A DNA stretch of 64,000 nt from Eledone cirrhosa. Its lineage: Eukaryota. The stretch spans positions 3,100,001-3,164,000 of the forward strand of contig OZ024745.1 in assembly GCA_964016885.1 (NCBI GenBank). Reading direction: 5' to 3'. This document shows positions 15,001 to 29,489 of this stretch, piece by piece. Each line of letters starts with the position of its first letter. The stretch's first letter is position 1. A model generated the notes under the pieces. The model had not been told where the DNA came from. It saw only the letters and a list, made by a program, of their open reading frames with translations, and did no database searches. Made by a program: the position numbers and the translations under genes.

Positions 15001-18000
15001 CTGTATCCCTGTATGTTGTAATACCATGTATATCTAGTTTACAATAGGTACACTGTATCCCTGTATGTTGTAATACCATGTTTATCTAGTTTAAAATAGG
15101 TACACTGTATCCCTGTATTCTGTAATACCATGTATATCTAGTTTAGAATAGGTACACTGTATCCCTGTATGTTGTAATACCATGTATATCTAGTTTAGAA
15201 TAGGTACACTGTATCCCTGTATGTTGTAATACCATGTATATCTAGTTTAGAATAGGTACACTGTATCCCTGTATGTTGTAATACCATGTATATCTAGTTT
15301 AGAATAGGTACACTGTATCCCTGTATGTCATAAGACCATGTATACCTAGTTTAGAATAGGTACACTGTATCCCTGTATGTTGTAATACCATGTATATCTA
15401 GTTTAGAATAGGTACACTGTATCCCTGTATGTTGTAATACCATGTATATCTAGTTTAGAATAGGTACACTGTATCCCTGTATGTTGTAAGACCATGTATA
15501 TCTAGTTTAAAATAGGTACACTGTATCCCTGTATGTTGTAATACCTTGTATATCTAGTTTAGAATAGGTACACTGTATCCCTGTATGTTGTAATACCATA
15601 TATATCTAGTTTAGAATAGGTACACTGTATCTCTGTATGTTGTAATACCATGTACATCTAGTTTAGAATAGGTACACTGTATCCCTGTATGTTGTAATGC
15701 CATGTATATCTAGTTTAGAATAGGTACACTGTAACCCTGTATGTTGTAATACCATGTATATCTAGTTTAGAATAGGTACACTGTATCCCTGTATGTTGTA
15801 ATACCATCTATATCTAGTTTAGAATAGGTACACTGTATCCCTGTATGTTGTAATACCATGTGTATCTAGTTTAGAATAGGTACACTGTATCCCAGTATGT
15901 TGTAATACCATGTATATCTAGTTTAGAATAGGTACACTGTATCCCTGTATGTTGTAATACCATGTATATCTAGTTTAGAATAGGTACACTGTATCCCTGT
16001 ATGTTCTAATACCATGTGTATCGAGTTTAGAATAGGTACACTGTATCACTGTATGTTGTAATACCATGCATATCTAGTTTAGAATAGGTACACTGTATCC
16101 CTGTATGTTGTAATACCATGTATATCTAGTTTAGAATAGGTACACTGTATCACTGTATGTTGTAATACTATGTATATCTGGTTTAGAATAGGTACACTGT
16201 ATCCCTGTATGTTGTAATACCATATATATCTAGTTTAGAATAGGTACACTGTATCCTTGTGTGTTGTAATACCATGTATATCTAGTTAAAAATAGGTACA
16301 CTGTATCCCTGTATGTTGTAATACCATGTATATCTAGTTTAGAATAGGTACACTGTATCCCTGTATGTTGTAATACCATATATATCTAGTTTAGAATAGG
16401 TACACTGTATCCCTGTATGTCGTAATACCATGTATATCTAGTTTAGAATAGGTACACTGTATCCCTGTATGCTATAATACCATGTATATCTAGTTTAGAA
16501 TAGGTACACTGTATCCCTGTATGTTGTAATACCATGTATATCTAGATTAGAATAGGTACACTGTATCCCTGTATGTTGTAATACCATGTATATCTAGTTT
16601 AGAATAGGTACACTGTATTCCTCTCTCATAATAACATATATATCTAGTTTAGAATAGGTACACTGTATCCCTGTGTGTTGTAAGACCATATATACCTAGT
16701 TTAGAATAGGTACACTGTATCCCTGTATGTTGTAATACCATGTATATCTAGTTTAGAATAGGTACACTGTATCCCTGTATGTCATAATACCATATATATC
16801 TAGTTTAGAATAGGTACACTCTATCCCTCTATGTTGTAATACCATGTATATCTAGTTTAGAATAGGTACACTGTATCCCTGTATGTAGTAATACCATGTA
16901 TATCTAGTTTAGCATAGGTAAACTGTATCCCAGTATGTTGTAATACCATGCATATCTAGTTTAGAATAGGTACACTGTATCCCTGTATGTTGTAATACCA
17001 TGTATATCTAGTTTAGAATAGGTACACTGTATCCCTGTATGTTGTAATACCATGTATATCTAGTTTAGAATAGGTACACTGTATCCCTCTATGTTGTAAT
17101 ACCATGTATATCTAGTTTAGAATAGGTACACTGTATCCCTGTATGTTGTAATACCATGTATATCTAGTTTAGAATAGGTACACTGTATCCCTGTATGTTG
17201 TAATACCATGTATATCTAGTTTAGAATAGGTACACTGTATTCCTGTCTCATAATACCATGTATATCTAGTTTAGAATAGGTACACTGTATCCCTGTGTGT
17301 TGTAAGACCATATATACCTAGTTTAGAATAGGTACACTGTATCCCTGTATGTTGTAATACCATGTATATCTAGTTTAGAATAGGTACACTGTATCCCTGT
17401 ATGTTGTAATACCATGTATATCTAGTTTAGAATAGGTACACTGTATCCCTGTATGTTGTAATACCATGTATATCTAGTTTAGAATAGGTACACTGTACCC
17501 CTGTATGTCATAAGACCATGTATACCTAGTTTAGAATAGGTACACTGTATCCCTGTCTGTTGTAATACCATGTATATCTAGTTTAGAATAGGTAGACTGT
17601 ATCCCTGTATGTTTTAAGACCATGTATATCTAGTTTAGCATAGGTAAACTGTATCCCAGTATGTTGTAATACCATGTATATCTAGTGTAGAATAGGTACA
17701 CTGTATCCCTGTATGTTGTAATACCATGTATATCTAGTTTAGAATAGGTACACTGTATCCCTGTATGTTGTAATACCATGTATATCTAGTTTAGAATAGG
17801 TACACTGTATCCCTCTATGTTGTAATACCATGTATATCTAGTTTAGAATAGGTACACTGTATCCCTGTATGCTGTAATACCAAGTATATCTAGTTTAGAA
17901 TAGGTACACTGTATCCCTGTATGTTGTAATACCATGTATATCTAGTTTAGAATAGGTACACTGTATCCCTGTATATTGTAATACCATGTATATCTAGTTT

Positions 18001-21000
18001 AGAATAGGTACACTGTATTCCTGTCTCATAATACCATGTATATCTAGTTTAGAATAGGTACACTGTATCCCTGTGTGTTGTAAGACCATATATACCTAGT
18101 TTAGAATAGGTACACTGTATCCCTGTATGTTGTAATACCATGTATATCTAGTTTAGAATAGGTACACTGTATCCCTGTGTGTTGTAAGACCATATATACC
18201 TAGTTTAGAATAGGTAGACTGTATCCCTGTATGTTTTAAGACCATGTATATCTACTTTAAAATAGGTACACTGTATCCCTGTATGTTGTAATACCTTGTA
18301 TATCTAGTTTAGAATAGGTACACTGTATCTCTGTATGTTGTAATACCATATATATCTAGTTTAGAATAGGTACACTGTATCCCTGTATGTCATAATACCA
18401 TGTATATCAAGTTTAGAATAGGTACATTGTATCCTTCTATGTTGTAATACCATGTATATCTAGTTTAGAATAGGTACACTGTATCCCTGTATATTGTAAT
18501 ACCATGTATATCTAGTTTAGAATAGGTACACTGTATTCCTGTCTCATAATACCATGTATATCTAGTTTAGAATAGGTACACTGTATCCCTGTGTGTTGTA
18601 AGACCATATATACCTAGTTTAGAATAGGTACACTGTATCCCTGTATGTTGTAATACCATGTATATCTAGTTTAGAATAGGTAGACTGTATCCCTGTATGT
18701 TTTAAGACCATGTATATCTAGTTTAGCATAGGTAAACTGTATCCCAGTATGTTGTAATACCATGTATATCTAGTTTAGAATAGGTACACTGTATCCCTGT
18801 ATGTTGTAATACCATGTATATCTAGTTTAGAATAGGTACACTGTATCCCTGTATGTTGTAATACCATGTATATCTAGTTTAGAATAGGTACACTGTATCC
18901 CTCTATGTTGTAATACCATGTATATCTAGTTTAGAATAGGTACACTGTATCCCTGTATGCTGTAATACCAAGTATATCTAGTTTAGAATAGGTACACTGT
19001 ATCTCTGTATGTTGTAATACCATGTACATCTAGTTTAGAATAGGTACACTGTATCCCTGTATGTTGTAATGCCATGTATATCTAGTTTAGAATAGGTACA
19101 CTGTAACCCTGTATGTTGTAATACCATGTATATCTAGTTTAGAATAGGTACACTGTATCCCTGTATGTTGTAATACCATGTATATCTAGTTTAGAATAGG
19201 TACACTGTATCCCTGTATGTTGTAATACCATGTGTATCTAGTTTAGAATAGGTACACTGTATCCCAGTATGTTGTAATACCAAGTATATCTAGTTTAGAA
19301 TAGGTACACTGTATCCCTGTATGTTGTAATACCATATATATCTAGTTTAGAATAGGTACACTGTATCTCTGTATGTTGTAATACCATGTACATCTAGTTT
19401 AGAATAGGTACACTGTATCCCTGTATGTCATAAGACCATGTATACCTAGTTTAGAATAGGTACACTGTATCCCTGTATGTTGTAATACCATGTATATCTA
19501 GTTTAGAATAGGTAGACTGTATCCCTGTATGTTGTAATACCTTGTATATCTACTTTAAAATAGGTACACTGTATCCCTGTATGTTGTAATACCTTGTATA
19601 TCTAGTTTAGAATAGGTACACTTTATCTCTGTATGTTGTAATACCATATATATCTAGTTTAGAATAGGTACACTGTATCCCTGTATGTCATAATACCATG
19701 TATATCAAGTTTAGAATAGGTACACTGTATCCCTCTATGTTGTAATACCATGTATATCTAGTTTAGAATAGGTACACTGTATCCCTGTATGTTGTAATGC
19801 CATGTATATCTAGTTTAGAATAGGTACACTGTATCCCTGTATGTTGTAATACCATGTATATCTAGTTTAGAATAGGTACACTGTATCCCTGTATGTTGTA
19901 ATACCATGTATATCTAGTTTAGAATAGGTACACTGTATCCCTGTATGTTGTAATACCATGTGTATCTAGTTTAGAATAGGTACACTGTATCCCAGTATGT
20001 TGTAATACCATGTATATCTAGTTTAGAATAGGTACACTGTATCCCTGTATGTTGTAATACCATGATTATCTACTTTAGAATAGGTACACTGTATCCCTGT
20101 ATGTTGTAATACCATGTATATCTAGTTTAGAATAGGTACACTGTATCCCTGTATGTTGTAATACCATGTATATCTAGTTTAGAATAGGTACACTGTATCA
20201 CTGTATGTTGTAATACTATGGATATCTGGTTTAGAATAGGTACACTGTATCCCTGTATGTTGTAATACCATATATATCTAGTTTAGAATAGGTACACTGT
20301 ATCCTGTGTGTTGTAATACCATGTATATCTAGTTTAAAATAGGTACACTGTATCCCTGTATGTTGTAATACCATGTATATCTAGTTTAAAATAGGTACAC
20401 TGTATCCCTGTATGTTGTAATACCATGTATATCTAGTTTAGAATAAGTACACTGTATCCCTGTATGTCATAATACCATGTACATCTAGTTTAGAATAGGT
20501 ATACTGTATCCCTGTATGTCATAAAACCATGTATATCTAGTTTACAATAGGTACACTGTATCCCTGTATGTTGTAATACCATGTATATCTAGTTTAGAAT
20601 AGGTACAGTGTATCCCTGTATGTTGTAATACCATGTATATGTAGTTTAGAATAGGTATACTGTATCCCTGTATGTCATAAGACCATGTATATCTAGTTTA
20701 GAATAGGTACACTGTATCCCTGTGTGTTGTAAGACCATATATACCTAGTTTAGAATAGGTACACTGTATCCCTGTATGTTGAATACCATGTATATCTAGT
20801 TTAGAATAGGTATACTGTATCCCTGTATGTCATAAGACCATGTATATCTAGTTTAGAATAGGTACACTGTATCCCTGTATGTTGTAAACCATATATATCT
20901 AGTTTAGAATAGGTACACTGTATCCCTGTATGTTGTAAGACCATGTATATCTAGTTTAAAATAGGTACACTGTATCTCTGTATGTTGTAACACCATGTAT

Positions 21001-24000
21001 ATCTAGTTTAGAATAGGTACACTGTATCCCTGTCTCATAATACCATGTATATCTAGTTTAGAATAGGTACACTGTATCCCTGTATGTTGTAATACGATAT
21101 ATATCTAGTTTAGAATAGGTACACTGTATCCCTGTATGTCATAATACCATGTATATCTAGTTTAGAATAGGTACACTGTATCCCTGTATATTGTAATACC
21201 ATGTATATCTAGTTTAGAATAGGTACACTGTATCCCTGTATGTCATAAGACCATATATACCTAGTTTAGAATAGGTACACTGTATCCCTGTATGTTGTAA
21301 TACCATGTATATCTAGTTTAGAATAGGTACACTGTAACCCTGTATGTTGTAATACCATGTATATCTAGTTTAGAATAGGTACACTGTATCCCTGTATGTT
21401 GTAATACCATGTATATCTAGTTTAGAATAGGTAGACTGTATCCCTGTATGTTTTAAGACCATGTATATCTACTTTAAAATAGGTACACTGTATCCCTGTA
21501 TGTTGTAATACCTTGTATATCTAGTTTAGAATAGGTACACTGTATCTCTGTATGTTGTAATACCATATATATCTAGTTTAGAATAGGTACACTGTATCCC
21601 TGTATGTCATAATACCATGTATATCAAGTTTAGAATAGGTACACTGTATCCCTCTATGTTGTAATACCATGTATATCTAGTTTAGAATAGGTACACTGTA
21701 TCCCTGTATGTTGTAATGCCATGTATATCTAGTTTAGAATAGGTACACTGTATCCCTGTATGTTGTAATACCATGTATATCTAGTTTAGAATAGGTACAC
21801 TGTATCCCTGTATGTTGTAATACCATGTATATCTAGTTTAGAATAGGTACACTGTATCCCTGTATGTTGTAATACCATGTGTATCTAGTTTAGAATAGGT
21901 ACGCTGTATCCCAGTATGTTGTAATACCATGTATATCTAGTTTAGAATAGGTACACTGTATCCCTGTATGTTGTAATACCATGTATATCTAGTTTAGAAT
22001 AGGTACACTGTATCCCTGTATGTTGTAATACCTTGTGTATCTACTTTAGAATAGGTACACTGTATCCCTGTATGTTGTAATACCATGTATATCTAGTTTA
22101 GAATAGGTACACTGTATCCCTGTATGTTGTAATACCATGTATATCTAGTTTAGAATAGGTACACTGTATCACTGTATGTTGTAATACTATGGATATCTGG
22201 TTTAGAATAGGTACACTGTATCCCTGTATGTTGTAATACCATATATATCTAGTTTAGAATAGGTACACTGCATCCCTGTGTGTTGTAATACCATGTATAT
22301 CTAGTTTAAAATAGGTACACTGTATCCCTGTATGTTGTAATACCATGTATATCTAGTTTAAAATAGGTACACTGTATCCCTGTATGTTGTAATACCATAT
22401 ATACCTAGTTTAGAATAGGTACACTGTATCCCTGTATGTCATAATACCATGTGTATCTAGTTTAGAATAGGTACACTGTATCCCTGTATGTCATAATACC
22501 ATGTATATCTAGTTTAGAATAGGTACACTGTATCCCTGTATGTCATAATACCATATGTATCTAGTTTAGAATAGGTACACTGTATCCCTGTATGTCATAA
22601 TACCATGTATATCTAGTTTAGAATAGGTGCACTGTATCCCTGTATGTTGTAATACGATGTATATCTAGTTTAGAATAGGTACACTGTATCCCTGTATGTT
22701 GTAATACCATATATACCTAGTTTAGAATAGGTACACTGTATCCCTGTATGTCATAATACCATGTATATCTAGTTTAGAATAGGTACACTGTATCCCTGTC
22801 TCATAATACCATATATACCTAGTTTGGAATAGGTACACTGTATCCCTGTATGTCATAATACCATATATATCTAGTTTAGAATAGGTACACTGTATCCCTG
22901 TATGTTGTAATACCATGTATATCTAGTTTAGAATAGGTACACTGTATCCCTGTATGTTGTAATAGCATGTATATCTAGTTTAGAATAGGTACACTGTATC
23001 CCAGTATGTTGTAATACCATGTATATCTAGTTTAGAATAGGTACACTGTATCCCTGTATGTTGTAAAACCATGTATATCTAGTTTAGAATAGGTACACTG
23101 TATCCCTGTATGTTGTAATACCATGTATATCTAGTTTAGAATAGGTACACTGTATCCCTGTATGTTGTAATACCATGGATATCTAGTTTAGAATAGGTAC
23201 ACTGTATCCCTGTATGTTGTAATACCATGTATATCTAGTTTAGAATAGGACACTGTATCCCCGTATGTTGTAATACCATGTATATCTAGTTTAGAATAGG
23301 TACACTGTATCTCTGTATGTCATAATACCATGTATATCAAGTTTACAATAGGTACACTGTATCCCTGTATGTTGTAATACCTTGTATATCTAGTTTAGAA
23401 TAGGTAAACTGTATCCCTGTATGTTGTAATACCATATATATCTAGTTTAGAATAGGTACACTGTATCCCTGTATGTTGTAATACCATGTATATCTAGTTT
23501 AGAACAGGTACACTGTATCCCTGTATGTTGTAATACCATGTATATCTAGTTTAGAATAGGTACATTGTATCCCTGTATGTTGTAATACCATGTATATCTA
23601 GTTTAGAATAGGTACACTGTATCCCTGTATGTTGTAATACCATGTATATCTAGTTTAGAATAGGTACATTGTATCCCTGTATGTTGTAATACCATATATA
23701 TCTAGTTTAGAATAGGTACACTGTATCTCCGTATGTTGTAATACCATGTATATCTAGTTGGGAATAGGTACACTGTATCCCTGTATGTCTAGTTTAGAAT
23801 AGGTACACTGTATCCCTGTATGTTGTAATACCATATATATCTAGTTTAGAATAGGTACACTGTATCTCTGTATGTTGTAATACCATGTATATCTAGTTGG
23901 GAATAGGTACACTGTATCCCTGTATGTCTAGTTTAGAATAGGTACACTCTATCCCTGTATGTTGTAATACCATATATATCTAGTTTAAAATAGGTACACT

Positions 24001-27000
24001 GTATCCCAGTATGTTGTAATACCATGTATATCTAGTTTAGAATAGGTACACTGTATCCCAGTATGTTGTAATACCATGTATATCTAGTTTAGAATTGGTA
24101 CACTGTATCCCTGTATGTTGTAATACCATGTATATCTAGTTTAGAATAGGTACACTGTATCCCTGTATGTTGTAATACCATGTGTATCTAGTTTAGAATA
24201 GGTACACTGTATTCCAGTATGTTGTAATACCATGTATATCTAGTTTAGAATAGGTACACTGTATCCCTGTATGTTGTAATACCATGTATATCTAGTTTAG
24301 AATAGGTACACTGTATCACTGTATGTTGTAATACTATGTATATCTGGTTTAGAATAGGTACACTGTATCCCTGTATGTTGTAATACCATATATATCTAGT
24401 TTAGAATAGGTACACTGTATCCCTGTGTGTTGTAATACCATGTATATCTAGTTTAAAATAGGTACACTGTATCCCTCTATGTTGTAATACCATGTATATC
24501 TAGTTTAAAATAGGTACACTGTATCCCTGTATGTTGTAATACCATGTATATCTAGTTTAGAATAAGTACACTGTATCCCTGTATGTCATAATACCATGTA
24601 TATCTAGTTTAGAATAGGTACACTGTATCCCTGTCTCATAATACCATATATATCTAGTTTAGAATAGGTATACTGTATCCCTGTATGTCATAAGACCATG
24701 TATATCTAGTTTACAATAGGTACACTGTATCCCTGTATGTTGTAATACCATGTATATCTAGTTTAGAATAGGTACACTGTATCCCTGTATGTTGTAATAC
24801 CATGTATATCTAGTTTAGAATAGGTATACTGTATCCCTGTATGTCATAAGACCATGTATATCTAGTTTAGAATAGGTACACTCTATCCCTGTACGTTGTA
24901 ATACCATGTATATCTAGTTTAGAATAGGTACACTGTATCCCTGTATGTTGTAATACCATGTATATCTAGTTTAGAATAGGTATACTGTATCCCTGTATGT
25001 CATAAGACCATGTATATCTAGTTTAGAATAGGTACACTGTATCCCTGTATGTGGTAATACCATGTATATCTAGTTTAGAATAGGTACACTGTATCCCAGT
25101 ATGTTGTAATACCATGTATATCTAGTTTAGAATAGGTACACTGTATCCCTGTATGTTGTAATATCATGTATATCTAGTTTAGAATAGGTACACTGTATCC
25201 CTGTCTCATAATACCATGTATATCTAGTTTAGAATAGGTACACTGTATCCCTGTATGTTGTAATACCATGTATATCTAGTTTAAAATAGGTACACTGTAT
25301 CCCAGTATGTTGTAATACCATGTATATCTAGTTTAGAATAGGTACACTGTATCCCTGTCTCATAATACCATGTATATCTAGTTTACAATAGGTACACTGT
25401 ATCCCAGTATGTTGTAATACCATGTATATCTAGTTTAGAATAGGTACACTGTATCCCTGTATGTTGTAATACCATGTATATCAAGTTTAGAATAGGTACA
25501 CTGTATCCCTGTATGTTGTAATACCATATATATCTAGTTTAGAATAGGTACACTGTATCTCCGTATGTTGTAATACCATGTATATCTAGTTGGGAATAGG
25601 TACACTGTATCCCTGTATGTCTAGTTTAGAATAGGTACACTGTATCCCTGTATGTTGTAATACCATATATATCTAGTTTAGAATAGGTACACTGTATCTC
25701 TGTATGTTGTAATACCATGTATATCTAGTTGGGAATAGGTACACTGTATCCCTGTATGTCTAGTTTAGAATAGGTACACTGTATCCCTGTATGTTGTAAT
25801 ACCATATATATCTAGTTTAAAATAGGTACACTGTATCCCAGTATGTTGTAATACCATGTATATCTAGTTTAGAATAGGTACACTGTATCCCAGTATGTTG
25901 TAATACCATGTATATCTAGTTTAGAATAGGTACACTGTATCCCTGTATGTTGTAATACCATGTATATCTAGTTTAGAATAGGTACACTGTATCCCTGTAT
26001 GTTGTAATACCATGTGTTTCTAGTTTAGAATAGGTACACTGTATCCCAGTATGTTGTAATACCATGTATATCTAGTTTAGAATAGGTACACTGTATCCCT
26101 GTATGTTGTAATACCATGTATATCTAGTTTAGAATAGGTACACTGTATCACTGTATGTTGTAATACTATGTATATCTGGTTTAGAATAGGTACACTGTAT
26201 CCCTGTATGTTGTAATACCATATATATCTAGTTTAGAATAGGTACACTGTATCCCTGTGTGTTGTAATACCATGTATATCTAGTTTAAAATAGGTACACT
26301 GTATCCCTGTATGTTGTAATACCATGTATATCTAGTTTAAAATAGGTACACTGTATCCCTGTATGTTGTAATACCATGTATATCTAGTTTAGAATAAGTA
26401 CACTGTATCCCTGTATGTCATAATACCATGTATATCTAGTTTAGAATAGGTACACTGTATCCCTGTCTCATAATACCATATATATCTAGTTTAGAATAGG
26501 TATACTGTATCCCTGTATGTCATAAGACCATGTATATCTAGTTTACAATAGGTACACTGTATCCCTGTATGTTGTAATACCATGTATATCTAGTTTAGAA
26601 TAGGTACACTGTATCCCTGTATGTTCTAATACCATGTATATCTAGTTTAGAATAGGTATACTGTATCCCTGTATGTCATAAGACCATGTATATCTAGTTT
26701 AGAATAGGTACACTCTATCCCTGTACGTTGTAATACCATGTATATCTAGTTTAGAATAGGTACACTGTATCCCTGTATGTTGTAATACCATGTATATCTA
26801 GTTTAGAATAGGTATACTGTATCCCTGTATGTCATAAGACCATGTATATCTAGTTTAGAATAGGTACACTGTATCCCTGTATGTGGAAATACCATGTATA
26901 TCTAGTTTAGAATAGGTACACTGTATCCCAGTATGTTGTAATACCATGTATATCTAGTTTAGAATAGGTACACTGTATCCCTGTATGTTGTAATACCATG

Positions 27001-27863
27001 TATATCTAGTTTAGAATAGGTACACTGTATCCCTGTCTCATAATACCATGCATATCTAGTTTACAATAGGTACACTGTATCCCTGTCTCATAATACCATG
27101 TATATCTAGTTTTAAATAGGTACACTGTATCCCAGTATGTTGTAATACCATGTATATCTAGTTTAGAATAGGTACACTGTATCCCTGTATGTTGTAAGAC
27201 CATATATATCTAGTTTAGAATAGGTACACTGTACCCCTGTATGTCATAATACCATGTATATCTAGTTTAGAATAGGTACACTGTATCTCTGTATGTTGCA
27301 ATACCATATATATCTAGTTTAGAATAGGTACACTCTATCCCTGTGTGTTGTAATACCATGTATATCTAGTTTAGAATAGGTACACTGTATCCCTGTATGT
27401 CATAATACCATATATATGTAGTTTAGAATAGGTACACTGTACCCCTGTATGTCATAATACCATATATATCTAGTTTGGAATAGGTACACTGTATCCCTGT
27501 ATATCATAATACCATGTATATCTAGTTTAGAATATGTACACTGTATCCCTGTATGTTGTAATACCATATATATCTAGTTTTGAATAGGTACACTGTATCC
27601 CTGTATATCATAATACCATGTATATCTAGTTTACAATAGGTACACTGTATCTCTGTATGTTGTAATACCATATATACCTAGTTTGGTAATAGGTACACTG
27701 TATCCCTGTATGTTGTAATACCATATATATCTAGTTTGGAATAGGTACACTGTATCCCTGTATGTTGTAATACCATATATATCTAGTTTGGAATAGGTAC
27801 ACTGTATCCCTGTATGTTGTAATACCATATATATCTAGTTTGGAATAAGTACACTGTATTCCC
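1..27863. repeat. 52-bp satellite DNA array (~535 monomers), open at window start
   Basis: Uninterrupted head-to-tail repeats of TTAGAATAGGTACACTGTATCCCTGTATGTTGTAATACCATGTATATCTAGT (52 nt counted). Recurrent variants include GTTGTAAT/GTCATAAT, CATG/CATA, 50-bp CTGTCTCATAAT units and 35-bp truncated units. The array ends abruptly at ACACTGTATTCCCTTGG near 27863. Confidence 0.99.
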
Positions 27864-28009
27864 TTGGAAATATCTGAGTTCTTTTTCTTCTGCCAAAAAA
27901 GCATTATATATGGAAATTAGTCTGGTCTGTTTACTGAAGCGAACTGCAATAGTAGCTTTATAAGTAGTAACTTTTTAACGGTAGTTCCTAGCTAAGTGTA
28001 AGCTGCTAT

Positions 28010-28203
28010 AGGTCAATAAAAAAGGTACCAGTTATGCACTTAGGTCAATTCTTCCTCTATATCTCTTTCTCACTTCCATTCTCTCACTTTCTATTGTTCT
28101 CTTGAAGAAATCTGCTGTACTCAGACCTGGATTGGGCTCCACCAGGTTTAAGCATGTTGTATATCAATATGCCACCCTAACAACTCCCTCGGGAGTTACA
28201 GGT
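28010..28203 (+). mobile_element. 3' part of a SINE (same family as 29116-29432 and 42917-43178)
   Basis: Shares the blocks TTCTTCCTCTATATCTCTTTC, AAGAAATCTGCTGTA and ACTCCCTCGG..GTTACAGG with 29219-29432. Confidence 0.75.
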
Positions 28204-28220
28204 CCATGCATGAAAGCTGC

Positions 28221-29100
28221 TTTTACCTAGTTTTTGTAGATTTGGAAAAAGCCTTTGACGGAGTACTCCAATCTGTTATCTGGTAGTTCTTAAGGAAACT
28301 AGGTACTTATGAGTGGCTCATGAGATACCATGTACAGAGGTGTCAGAAAAGTGAAAGTATGTAATGAGTTTAATGAGGAATTCGATGTACAGGCTGGTGT
28401 TCAACAGGGCTCAGTCCTCAACTGCTTCCTGTTTATTATTGTTCTCTAAACCATGATAGATGAGTTTAAGACTGTCTATGGGAACCTCTGTATGCTGACT
28501 ATCGGGATCTTATAGCTAAATATGTGGAAGAGTTTGAGAAGAAATTCCTACTGTGGAAATAGAACTTAGAATCATCAAAAGGGCTCAGAGTAAACTTAAC
28601 AAAGACTAAAGTAAGAAGGAAAGAAGACAAGTCTCTGATTCCATCCGGGAAATGGCCGTGCTCAATATGTAGAAAAGGAGAAGGTAGGAACTCTATACTA
28701 TGTACTCAATGTAAGGTATGGATACTCAAGAGATGTGGGATTGTAGGAAGGTTGACAGAAAAGATAGACTTTGTATATGGCAGATACATAGAAAGAAAGT
28801 TTAGTAAGAGCAACAGTGAAATAAATCTTTTCTGATGTCAGGAACCACAGATGTAGTTGATAGCTTCTGTTACTTAGGTGACTTAATTAGCAGAGGAGGA
28901 GGTTGTTCTGAAAGCATAGTAGCTAGAATAAGAACAGGCTGGGAAAAGATTAGCGAGCTATTACCTCTGTTGACAACAAAGGGATTTTCACTATAAGCAA
29001 AAGGTAGATTGTATGATACCTGTGTAAAAAGTGCAATGTTGCATGGCAGTGAGACATGGGTGGTAAATGCAGAGGATATGTGGAGGCTAGAGAGGAATGT
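28221..29100 (+). pseudogene. Decayed non-LTR retrotransposon (RTE-like) reverse transcriptase fragment
   Basis: Manual translation across stops and frameshifts gives FVDLEKAFD, GVQQGSVL..FLFIIV, LYAD (YADD position), GKWPCSICRKGEGRNSILCTQCKVW, DVVDSFCYLGD, ARIRTGWEK..ELLPLLT and GRLYDTCVKSAMLHGSETW. This motif order is typical of RTE-clade ORFs. Confidence 0.9.
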
Positions 29101-29115
29101 TAATGTGCATGTATA

Positions 29116-29432
29116 GGCAGAAAATTAGCAGAATCATTAGAACATCGAACAGAATGCTTTCTGGTATTCATTCCAGCTCTCTACTCTCTCAGTTCATATA
29201 CCACCTTTCATCCATTCGAGGTCGATAAAAAAAACAGTACCAGGCTAGTACTGGGGGTCGATTCTTCCTCTATATCTCTTTCCCGCTTCCTCTTTCTCAC
29301 CCTCTATCCTCCTCTATAAGAAATCTGCTGTATTCTGACCTGGAGAGAATTAGGATCTGCCAGGTTTTAAAATGCCCTAGAAACACTTTATATCAATGTG
29401 GCACCCCTACGACTCCCTCGGCAGTTACAGGA
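29116..29432 (+). mobile_element. tRNA-headed SINE, near full length, diverged
   Basis: GGCAG..TTAGCAGAATCATTAG head and CCTTTCATCC..GAGGTCGATAAAA..GTACCAG..GTACTGGGGGTCGAT core. A homologous reverse copy lies at 42917-43178. Confidence 0.75.
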
Positions 29433-29489
29433 GTATACATGCATGTTTATTTATGTTTATATGTATGCATGTATATATCCAATGATGTA

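Noticed and set aside
2593-27828. Ten similar 64-65 aa minus-strand ORFs (MVLQHTGIQCTYSK...) resembling a gene family
   Set aside because: They are translations of the satellite, opened when a 50-bp (or 53-bp) unit or a TAA-destroying variant shifts the frame. There is no gene structure.
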